DNA from: Zootoca vivipara
Lineage: Eukaryota
Assembly (NCBI RefSeq): GCF_963506605.1
Contig: NC_083284.1
Span: forward strand, 69,378,001-69,442,000
Length of the DNA stretch: 64,000 bases
Reading direction: 5' to 3'
Shown here: positions 51,320 to 61,937 of the stretch, piece after piece
How positions within the stretch are numbered: the stretch's first letter is position 1
Layout: the number at the start of each line of letters is the position of its first letter
Notes under the pieces: generated by a model
What the model saw: the letters and a program-made list of their open reading frames with translations, nothing else
Database searches by the model: none
What the model was told of the DNA's origin: nothing
Program-made: the position numbers and the translations under genes

Positions 51320-51873
51320 GGAAGTAATAGTACCACTGTATTCTGCTCTGGTCAGACCTCACCTGGAGTACTGTGTCCAGTTCTGGGCACCACAGTTCAA
51401 GAAGGATACTGACAAGCTGGAACGTGTCCAGAAGAGGGCAACCGAAATGGTCAAAGGCCTGGAAACAATGCCTTATGAGGAACGGCTTAGGGAGCTGGGT
51501 ATGTTTAGTCTGGAGAAGAGAAGGTTAAGGGGTGATATGATAGCCATGTTCAAATATATGAAAGGATGTCATATGGAGGAGGGAGAAAGATTGTTTTCTG
51601 CTGCTCCAGAGAAGCGGACATGGAGCAATGGATTCAAACTACAAGAAAGAAGATTCCACCTAAACATTAGGAAGAACTTCTGACAGTAAGAGCTGTTCCG
51701 CAGTGGAATTTGCTACCAAGGAGTGTGGTGGAGTCTCCTTCTTTGGAGGTCTTTAAGCAGAGGCTTGGCAGGGATATGTCAAGAATGCTTTGATGGTGTT
51801 TCCTGCTTGGCAGGGGGTTGGACTGGATGGCCCTTGTGGTCTCTTCCAACTCTATGATTCTATGATTCTATGA
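51320..51873 (+). mobile_element. 5'-truncated CR1 LINE; an older CR1 fragment lies at ~52370-52755
   Basis: [26 protein letters not shown]; (ATTCTATG)n tail. Confidence 0.95.
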
Positions 51874-52989
51874 TGTGAGGTTCCAGGTGATTACCCAGGG
51901 TTCGTGTTTCCTTTGGAATGGCAAACAGCAGAGACGTTTTTATGATATAGAGTAAAAGGTGGGCTGGGCAAGGTAACTTAGCTGGATTTGTAGCTTCTTT
52001 ACTGTCCAAATCAAATCCAAAGAGTGCTGGGAAAAAGCGACTGGTGGGGTGCCACAGAGTTTTGTCCTGAAGCCGCTGTTATTCAACATATTTATAACCA
52101 TCTGGCCTAGTGGGCGGGGCCCACGCTCACCAGCCCTTCTGAAGAGGCTCCTCATGAGGCCGGAGGAACATCACCTGGCTAATGTTTGATTGCTTGATTG
52201 ATTTTAATATGCTGTACACCGCTTTGATATTTTTATTAAAAATATAAAGTGGTATAGAAATTAAAAAATAAATATAAGAAAGGAAGGACCCGGATAGAGG
52301 AATTGAGGGGATGCTAATCAACTCTGCAAATAATAGCAAACAGGGAGGGTTAGCCAATGCCACAGAAAACCAGACTGGAGAATTGCGCCCAAACTAACAA
52401 AATGAATTTCAGTTGGGACAAGTGTAAGGTTCTGTACGTAGCCAGGAAGAAACAGCAGCACAAATATAAGATGGTGGACTCCTGGCTTGCCAGTAGCACA
52501 TGTGAAAAGAATCTAGGAGTCTTAGTAGACCACAAGTCATGAGTCAACAGTGTGGTGCAGCGGGGGGGGGGGGGGGGGACGGACTACTGCTATTCTAGGC
52601 TGCATCAACAGAAGTCTAATGTCATCTTCAAATATCTAAAGGACTGTCACATGGAAGAGGGTACAAGGAGATTCTGACTAAACATCAGGAAGAAGTTTCT
52701 GACAGAGCTGTCTGACAGTAAAACAAACTCCAACAAAAGGTGGTGGACTCTCCCATTTACCCCACTCTAACACAGAGCAACTTCCTTTGTTCTACTAAGG
52801 ACAGCATTAATGCTTCAAAAATCTTGCCTGGCTAGTTTAGGGTTGCCATACGTCCAAAATTTCCCGGACATATTCGGAATGCTGCTGTCGGAAGCAGTGT
52901 CCATGTGGAAATCACACACACACACACAAAAAAAAAAAATCTGGGAAAATTCGGACATACAGTACATGGCAACTCATGTTAGCACTGTC

Positions 52990-53350
52990 ATTTTTGCCCC
53001 CCCCCCCCAATGGGAATGCTTCCGTCCTACGGGCCTCGCTCCCACACTCGCCAGCGCCTCCAGGGCAAGCGCCCCCCCCAACGCCACCCCCACGCACATG
53101 GGCAGCACCCACTGCTCCCAACCACTGCTGCTGGCCAGAGCGGCGCATGCACGTTGCACGCGGCTTCGGCCTGCCGAACACCCGGAGGAAGCCTTCTCCG
53201 CCAATCCAACGAGCGAGCGGGCTCTCTGGACCGCCGTTAAAAGTGTGATTGGCGAGCCGCCTAGCCAATCCATCCGCCGCGGGAGGCAGGCCACGAGTTG
53301 CGTTTACCTCACAGCGATTCCTCAGCCAGTGAGGCGCTTGATTTGCTTAC
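52990..53350. promoter_or_regulatory. Second CpG-rich, promoter-like element with three CCAAT boxes and an NRF1-like motif
   Basis: GCCAATC near 53200 and 53264, GATTGGC near 53247, GCGCATGCAC near 53143, many CpGs. Confidence 0.5.
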
Positions 53351-55156
53351 GTTGCAATGTGAATGAATATAGTCGCCTATTTAATAAATATTTAGCAGGT
53401 CTACTCAGAAGCCCCACTGAGTCAAGACAGTAGCAACTTAAGCTGCTACACAACGTACATCTAAGGGCCTCCACCCTCGCAGAACTACAATTCCCAGCAC
53501 CCCTAGCAAACTACAGTTCCCAGGCTTTGGGGGAGGGGAAAGACCCATGCGCTTTAAATGTATGTGGTGTGTTAGGCAGGCTCAAGCTGCCCTTTAACAC
53601 CAAGCCAGAACTTTTATAATTCTATGTTTTAAATCCAATTTTGACCAAGTAGCTCTGATCGGAATTTGTCGGGGTTCTCTCCTTCCTGCCCATTTTACCC
53701 GCACCACCATCTTGTGAAGCGTAGTTCTGTGCAATGTCTCTACACGTGAGGGATTGAATAACCCTTTTTTGAGTTTTGGCACAAGTGTATTTGAGACCCT
53801 GACACCAACGGAATGAGAAAGGAAGATGGAAGATGGCATCAAGAAAATCATCAAGAGAACAATCAAGTTCCTTCCAAGCAGGCTTCTGGTCTCATCACGT
53901 AGAACGTATAGCAGCATAGATATATATGGGATCAGCCTAAGGGACAGTGGGCTTTTTGGCAACAGCCACCTTATAAAGAGTTTCTGACTCTGGCGTCATG
54001 ATTGTCATCATACCTTTCAACTTTGCATCCCAATAAACCAAATGATTTGTTTCCGTCTTCGAGTCTTGAGTCTGTAGTTTTCACTGGTTATGCTTCCTTC
54101 CTTGTTTCGGTGGGTTAATGGAGGACCAGGTTAGTGCTGGTGTTTTGGCATAGGATGCCCTGACCTCGACTGGATCTCCAACTTCAACATGATTTTATTG
54201 ACATATTGTTTTCCAAATTAGGCCTTGTGATTCAAAGAAAACAGAAAGAGACTGCACTGTTCTCAAGTTGTTACATTTTATGAATTATAATATATGCCTG
54301 CAGCCAGGTAATGGAAACGACTGACTTGGCTTTCTCCGTAGCTTCCCCCCCCCAACCCCCACTCGGAGCAGTGGTTGCGTGGCCTGCATTAAGACAGTCT
54401 GAGAAGTGTTGGTTAAAGGAGACAGCTGCTTTAAGAGATTTAGAAAACAAGGCACTCATTTCAGTCTGCACATCCAACATTTTAACCATAAATTTTCTCC
54501 CAAAGCAACAGACCATATTTCATTCATTTTAAGTCTACTGCAGCAACTTATATAATTGTTTAATAATAAAGTATACGTGTCTATGTCATTTTCCTTTTTT
54601 TCAGAAATTATTTACAGAAGTTGTTCAAAGGCTGCTACAGAGTTTTAAGTTATGAAATAGGAGTAAATTTGGGGCCCCTGAAAGTGGTTCAGCTTCTTAA
54701 GGAAGGCTGGACCTTTGAGGCTCAAACCAGTTGGTAAACACAGGTAAACAGAGACCAGACCAGGATTTTAAGAAAGCAAAGTGGCTGGAAGCCTGATCTT
54801 TTATTAAAATTATATGCAGAACATGGAGGGGGGTGTAGTTTATCAGTAGCAAGCGGCGCAAAGTAATATTCACAGTTTTGGGTATACAGCGATACAAAAC
54901 CTTCAAAACACATACAAAGTTTATAAAACGAATAAAAGAAAGTAAGGAAATTGATACAAGGTACAATGTTTGCACTCCAGTCACTGACACATGCATGTAG
55001 AAAGTACATTTATATCACTATTTAAACGGGAACGATTTCAAGGCGATAGGCATAGCAAGCAGAGTTCATAATTTTTATTTAGAAATCCCCTCTCCGGTCA
55101 TTAATTCTCTTATAACAATTCCCTCTTCCTGCACTCGTTGCGGATGTAAATCCGGA

Positions 55157-57033
55157 ATGGAAGAGGGCCTATGGGGGGGGGGGGAGGAGGACTTTCAAAT
55201 TGAGGGATATATTCTGCCCAAGTTAAAGAGGGCAAGGGAGCACAGTGTAGGAAGGTTTCAGGGTGGGCAGTTTCTAGGAGGGGCAAAGCTGCAATGGGGG
55301 CAAGGGTTAAGAGGGAAGACTTGGAAAGAAAGAGTCTCTTCATATAGGGAGGGCTCAGGAGGCAAGCGGGTATATTGTGGGAATGTTTCGGGGGGAGGGG
55401 GCCTGTTCAGGGATAGATTAAGGGGGGAGGGGCATATTGTGGGAAGGTTTGGGGGAGGGGCATGTTCAAGGAGGGATTAAGGTGATAAGGGGGGCATATT
55501 CAGGGAGGAATAAAGGGGGGGAAGAGGCATATTCAGGGAGGCATTAAGGGGGCATATTCAGGGAGGGGTTAAAGCGGGAAGGGGGCATATTCAGGGAGGG
55601 ATTAAGGGAGGAAGGGGACAAATTCAGGGAGGGATTAAGGGGAGGGGGCAGATTCAGGGAGGGTCTTTTACAGGGAGGGCTCAAGGGGCAAGGGGGCATT
55701 CCATGGGAACGTTTCAGGGAGGGATGGGGCATGTTGTGGGAGGGATTAAGGAGGGGGGCATGTTGAGGGAGGGTCTTTTACAGGGAGGGCTCAAGGGGCA
55801 AGGGGGCATTCCATGGGAACGTTTCAGGGAGGGATGGGGCATGTTGTGGGAGGGATTAAGGAGGGAGGCATGTTGAGGGAGGGATTAAGGGGGCATCAAT
55901 CAATCCCTGAATATGGCCCCTACCCACCAATTATCATCCCCGAGTATGCTCCCTTGCCTCCGGACATCCGCCCCGAACACATCCCCCTCCCCCCTGACAA
56001 CCCCCTGAATGCCTCCCCGAAAACACCCCCTCCCCCCTCTGAAATTGTCCCACTCCTCTGCTCCCTCTCCCCTCAGCCCATCCCTGAATATGCCCCCTAC
56101 CCACCAATTATCATCCCAGAATATGCTCCCCCGCCCACGGACATCTGCCCCAAACACATCCCCCTCCCCCCTGACACCACCCCTGAATGCCTCCCCGAAA
56201 ACACCCCCTCCCCCCAGACTCCCCCTCCGAAATTGTCCCACTCCTCTGCTCCCTCTCCCATCAGCCCATCCCTGAATATGCCCCCTACCCACCAATTATC
56301 ATCCCCGAGTATGGCCCCCGGCCCCCGGAGCTCCTCCCCGAAAATATCCCCCTCCCCCTGAGTCCCACATCGAGCGAAGGAAGGTAGCACACCAGTTCAG
56401 CTTGGGTTTTGAGACAATAACAATTATGAGCGTTAAGGTAGCCATTATTTCTCCTTGGTCCATTGACCAGCCTCAGAAATAATCAAAAGGCATTTTTATC
56501 CCCCTTTGTTCCTTCTGTTTTCACAGGAAATTGTCGGAGTGCATTGCCGGCACCTTCCCCCTCTCCCTCTAAAACCCACCCCAAATCTGCCCCCTTCCCC
56601 CCAGAAACCCTCCCTCAAAATATCCCCCTCGCCCCTCTCCTCTGCTCCCCATCTCTGCCAATCCCTGAATATGCCCCCTACCCACCAATTATCATCCCGG
56701 AATATGCCCCCCCACCCCGGACATCCGCCCCGAAAACATCCCCCTTCCCCTGAAACCCCCCTGAATGTCTCCCCGAAAACACCCCCTCCCCCGAGTCCCC
56801 CTCAGAAATTGCCCCTCTCCTCTGTTCCCTCTCTCTTCTGCCTATCCCAGAATATGCTCCCTTCCCCGCTGAAATCATCCCCAAATATGGCCCCCTGCCC
56901 CCGGAGCTCCTCTCCAAAAATATCCCCTTCCCTGCTGAGTCCCCCTCAGAAATTGCCGCATTCCTGTGCTCCTTCTCCCTCTATGCCAACCTGGAAATAT
57001 GACCCCCTAGAACAGCCCAGAACACTGGGATGA
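55157..57033. repeat. Head-to-head degenerate minisatellite: G-rich arm (to ~55896) followed by C-rich arms (55900-56365 and 56550-57000)
   Basis: GGGGCATATTCAGGGA repeats on the left versus the reverse complement TCCCTGAATATGCCCC on the right; 110-bp and ~180-bp higher-order units. Confidence 0.85.
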
Positions 57034-57044
57034 ATACGACTGAA

Positions 57045-57960
57045 CTCCCCTGGGGCAGATGTCATCTCCCTGCAAGAGACAAAAGGGGACCTGCTGGAGG
57101 AGCCATTGGCAATAGTGGAGAGCTATAACTCTTATTTCAGCTTCAGTCGCACCCGCAATAGGCTATTCAGGTGTTGCAAGATTCTGCAAGGTCAGTAGCA
57201 TCCCAGAGGCAGATGAAGAAGGCCTGTCTGGGTTGTTTGCTAAGCACGATGGCACAGTTGGTTCTTATGGCGAGACAGAGGGCTTCACAACTGAGGAGCT
57301 ACTGGCATTGGAAAGTGAGGGCCAGGCTGTGATCACCCGTCACTGTATTTGCACTTCAGAACAGCAGGAGACCACGCTGACAGTCATCAATGTGTACTGC
57401 CCTCGAGCAGACCATGAAAACCCAGAGCGTGGGGACTTCAAGCTGCGTTTCTATTACCTCTTGCAAGCTCTGGCCGAGGCACTTCTCAGAGCTGGAGGCC
57501 ATGTGGTCATCCTGGGGGACATCAACACAGCACACAAGCCTATTGACCACTGTGACCCGGGAGATCTGCAATCCTTTCAGGAGCATCCGAGGCATCGCTG
57601 GCTGGACAGTTTCCTGTGGGAGCCAGACAAGGATTCCCAGAATGGGAAATGCTTTGTCGACACGTTCCATTTTCTGCACGCTGGTCAGAGTGACGCCTAC
57701 ACCAGCTGGTGCAACGTAACCGGGTCCCGGCAGCTAAACTACGGCACCCCGCATTGACTATATCCTGGCTTTGACTAGCCTTGTCAGAGCTGCAGGATGC
57801 CCAGCTCATGCCAGAGGAGCTCCGGATGGTGGGAAAGGCTCTGTTTCCTCTAGTTCAAACCAGTCCGCTGCCCTGGGGAAGTCACTGCTGCCAGGCCCTG
57901 GTCGACCACCTCACTACAAGGCCCATGGAGAACCTTGTGTCCTGCGGACAGTGAAGAAGC
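57045..57960 (+). pseudogene. APEX2: Processed pseudogene of APEX2 (AP endonuclease 2), 5'-truncated, frameshifted and internally deleted
   Basis: Intronless run GADVISLQETK..EEPLAIVESYNSYFSFSR / GYSGVARFCK..EEGLSGLF..INVYCP..VVILGDINTAHKPIDH..LNYGT(R)IDYIL, then a jump to the zf-GRF start KSLLPGP..HGEPCVLRTVKK; +1 insertions near 57160 and 57750. Confidence 0.93.
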
Positions 57961-58732
57961 AAATTGGTTCGTGCCAGTTTCCACAGTAAGTTCAAGCCAT
58001 CAAAAACAACACACCTCTTCTTTAGATGTCTTAAAACAGATGCCCAGAGACCAACTTATATAAAATATGTTAACATTTCATTTCGAAAATGCTGTTATTT
58101 TAGTGCAAATGTAAACACTTGTTGTCAGCATGTCTAAATACAGTAAGGTAGATTTTGAAATAATTCCACAGGTGCTGCTTCAGATTCACTTTAAAAAAGT
58201 TGCAGGTGACCAGATTTGGGTAGTATTTCATTATACCATTTAAGTACTTAACAGGCATTGAAAACTAGCAATGGTACCAGTAGAATTCAACAAATGAAAA
58301 GTTTAGACAGGATTACCGTCTGACATGTCACAAGCATGGAAAAGTAACTACATGTGCCACTTTGTTAATATAACATACAGTGAGCCAGAAGCCTATAAAC
58401 TCATGGGTCTCTCTGATATACCTATACATTTAAAGGGGGTAGAAATTGGCAGTCAAGGGGCCAGATGCAGCCCCTCCATTCAGTCTGCAGAACCCCCTTA
58501 TCATCTCGGACAAGTTTTAGAGTTAAAAAAAAACCCTAGGGGGCTTTTCAAGTCTAATTTTGGGAGGGAAGAATCAGGCAGGGCTTGCATCTGGGGAGGG
58601 AAGTGCTTACCCTCTTTTCACTGTGAATCCCCCATGCCAGAATAAGGCTTGAAAACAAAGCCTTGTACTGCTGCTAATGGAGGGCTGTTTTCAATGCTAA
58701 CTGCCACTTGGGAAAATTGGCTGTTTTTAAAG

Positions 58733-58822
58733 CATAGCTGCCAAGTTTTCCCTTTTCTCGCGAGGAAGCCTATTCAGCATAAGGGAAAATCCCTTTAAAA
58801 AAGGGATAACTTGGCAGCTATG
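58733..58822. mobile_element. 90-bp hAT MITE; a truncated copy lies at 18463-18570
   Basis: TIR CATAGCTGCCAAGTT; TSD TTTTAAAG. Confidence 0.9.
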
Positions 58823-59574
58823 TTTTAAAGGAAGTACCAGCTAGGAAAGGAAGGCTTAAACTTCCCCTTCCTAATATCTATGAAGATTACACACCCACAC
58901 CTCCATCAGCTCTTTTTCCACCCTAGTGTGGTGGAGAGAAGAAAGAGTAAGAATCTGCATACATAGATGTGTGAGGAGTGTGCTATATGTGCAGTCTTGT
59001 GGTGTAGGAGAGAAAGAGCATGATTTGCCCATGGACCCTTTAATCACATACTCCAGAATTAGCCTCTCCTGCCAATGGCATACGACCCCCAAGAGGGGTG
59101 GTCAAGATGAAACATAGTCCTCCCACTGAAAAAGATTCCCCACCCATCAAATCTGAAAGCTATGATGTTCTTATTCATCCACATCCCATGTGACTCCTGT
59201 TTTATAAGGTGTGTTATTCAGGCATGTCCTACTGCCAGAAGTGTCAGCTGCTGACATCGCCCAAATTGCTCTCAACAAAAAGCAGCTGCTTGCTAAGAAG
59301 TAAACCATATGTTTTTAGAGAGGTTCCCTTCTACCTGAAGGAGTCAATAAAGGATGCACAATAAAGTGATGCCTAAGCTTGAAATTCTAAAGCACACTTA
59401 CAAGAAATAAGCTTCACTAAGCGTAGCATGGCTTCTTTCTAAGCAAGCATATATACAACCAGCCTTGTGGCACCAGAACTACGCTGAGATTGCACAATTT
59501 CACACATGATCTCAGAAATGTGATTTTGCATTCCACCACCCAGAAACCACACACTCTTCTTTCTGAAAGCTCAC

Positions 59575-59786
59575 CTTCACATTCTTCAACCCTTTCTCAG
59601 AGGCCAAGCATTTCTGAGAATTTATTGTCTGAGTGTACATTAGACACACTCGTTGTATTGCTGAAGTAATCCAATTATGTATTTATCTTCAATTTGTTCA
59701 TGCATTTTGAATTCCTTAAAAGTAGCATATAGGGATTGGAGGAGAGCCCCGAAGTCACTGTTGTTGGAGAAGTTGGTCTTAGAAAG
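59575..59786 (-). pseudogene. FBXL5: Orphan degraded copy of FBXL5 exon 2 (hemerythrin-like iron-sensing domain) with intact splice sites
   Basis: cag|[48 protein letters not shown] then NVHSDNKFSEMLGL and EKGLKNVK|gtgag in shifted frames; 212 nt versus 216 nt (72 codons) expected, explained by two 2-nt deletions. Confidence 0.9.
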
Positions 59787-60174
59787 CTGATAAGAAACAA
59801 AAGATGATCAGTTTCTTTCTGGGCTAATACTCAATAAATCATGTTATCCTCTAAAAAGATATCTGACACCATCCCACTTCCCTGGTCAAATGTGTTTCCC
59901 CTCCCCACCACAGGTGTTTCTAACTCTGATTAAGAACAAAACAAAACCTACCTGACAACACATTATTAATACAGGTAAAAAGTCCTTTAAAGTTATTTTA
60001 ACATGTGGCAAATATATCAAAACCTCAGTTTTAACTTCAGCAGTTCTGTAAATGTATTCTACATTTTTTGGGGTAATTTTAGAAAAAAGGTTTCGCTTAT
60101 AAATCTGGTAAGAGCACAAGCTTTTAAAGTGCTTTTAGGGTTGTGCTGTCGTTCAGTGCTGAGGTTCAGAGACT

Positions 60175-60220
<46 letters not shown>

Positions 60221-61258
60221 AATGCTCCCTCTAAGCTGAAGGAACCATCAGTGACCCTCAGCTATGGACTGCAAATTCATTTTGTCACAGACACCCTCCA
60301 CAACTGATGAAGTGTCTTGGGATATCCAGTCTCTGGCATCCTTTGACTCTCAACAGAGGTCATCCCAGAATACAAGGACAGAATACTGGAACAGATGAGG
60401 CTGGATGCTTCATACCTCTCTGGCCATCTCCACACATCCAGGACAGACTCAATCATTAGTTTAGGAAAGATATCACATTCAGCTCACTCTCTAAGATTTG
60501 TCAGTGCAGCTATAATGCTAGCACCAGAGCAGGCAGAAAATGAAATGTCTTGAAAAAAAAGTTCAGGGAAATCAGTTCCTACACTCAGCAGTATAGCCCA
60601 GGACGATGCTCTTCTACATCCTTCTACACTAGAAATATGTGACTATGGATTATTCTGAGGTATCAGTGTTCCCAGCCAGAGTCAAAGGACAAGCCCCAGA
60701 ACAACCACAGAAGCAACATTCAGGCAAACCTCATCACTGAGACCAGGAACATCTGGCCAGACAACAAATACTATTTCCCTACCTGGGACCCCCGGAGTAG
60801 GGATCAATGCCAATTCTGCCACTACTGTAGTATCCAGAACTCTTGTTTCTCAATTGGCACCCACAGCTGCCCTTTCCAAGACGGCTGCTGCTTGCAAGCT
60901 GCCACAACCTATCTTGAACAGTTTGTGCTTTCTCACTCCACTACCAAGATGGGAGGAAACCGCCCCCCCCCCAAGAGTGGGACACTCTCCGGGGGGGGGG
61001 GTTCCTCCCATCTTGGTAGTTCTACAAAATGTACAAAAGTGAATGCCAACGTGGAGACAGTATGAGATCACTTTAAGCTTTGTATTTGGTGTGTCTAAAA
61101 ATAACACTATGAGAAGAGCAACTGCCAAACACCACAAGCATTACCATTTACTAAAGGGAACCATTACGCCACTACCCACTGAGACTACAGCATAGCTACA
61201 GAATGGCACTTCTCTCTTTTGCAACAGGAAAGAGAAGACATAGGAGCACCTCTAACAG

Positions 61259-61937
61259 AAATATATAAAAAATACAATAAAATTGTCCAGTAGCACCTTA
61301 GAGACCAACTAAGTTTGTTCTTGGTATGAGCTTTCGTGTGTATGCACACTTCTTCAGATAGCAGGTGTCTGGAGAAGTGTGCATGCACACGAAAGCTCAT
61401 ACCAAGAACAAACTTAGTTGGTCACTAAGGTGCTACTGGACAATTTTATTATTATTCATACAGTGGTACCTCGGTTTATGAACACAATTGGTTCCGGAAG
61501 TCTGTTTATAAACTGAAGCGTTCATAAAGTGAAGCGAACTTTTCCATTGAAAGTAATGGAAAGTGGATTAATCCGTTCCAGACGGTCCGCAGAGTACTTA
61601 AACTGAAGCGTTCATAAACTGAAGCGAACTTTCCCATTGAAAGTAATGGAAAGTGGATTAATCCGTTCCAGACGGGTCCGTGGAGTACTTAAACTGAAGT
61701 GTTCATAAACTGAAGCATGGGTGTAATTGGTTCCGGAAGTCTGTTCATAAACTGAAGCATTCATAAACTGAAGCGAACTTTCCCATTGAAAGTAATGAAA
61801 AATGAATTAATCCGTTCCAGATGGGTCCACGGTGTTCATAAACCGAAAATTCATAAACCGAGGTGTTCATAAACCAAGGTTCCACTGTATATATTTCTAC
61901 TGCGTCAGACCAACACAGCTACCTACCTGAATATATA
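61259..61937. mobile_element. Penelope-derived inverted-repeat element with two opposed hammerhead motifs, interrupted by a Tc1/mariner MITE
   Basis: 11-bp TSD ACCTCTAACAG; near-perfect inverted arms ~61280-61445; hammerhead cores at 61324-61361 (-) and 61365-61402 (+, CUGGAGA variant). Confidence 0.8.
61461..61887. mobile_element. Tc1/mariner (Tigger/pogo-like) MITE with internal tandem repeats
   Basis: TIR CAGTGGTACCTCGGTTTATGAAC / GTTCATAAACCAAGGTTCCACTG; TA TSD; repeated TTCATAAACTGAAGCG units. Confidence 0.9.

Noticed and set aside
50208-53433. GC-rich ORFs of 130-207 aa in the two CpG islands
   Set aside because: Expected from low stop-codon frequency; no homology recognised, and one starts inside a hAT MITE
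53800-53890. Faint resemblance to Cys-loop receptor M1-M2 (GxRVS)
   Set aside because: Too short, and lacks the conserved Pro and the downstream M2 pattern
55157-55896. True interstitial telomeric repeat
   Set aside because: Contains TTAAGGG-like words but no tandem TTAGGG hexamer array
57233-57757. Functional APEX2 gene or LINE endonuclease
   Set aside because: Motifs are APEX2-specific rather than LINE EN; frameshifts, loss of GSDHCP and lack of introns indicate a retro-pseudogene
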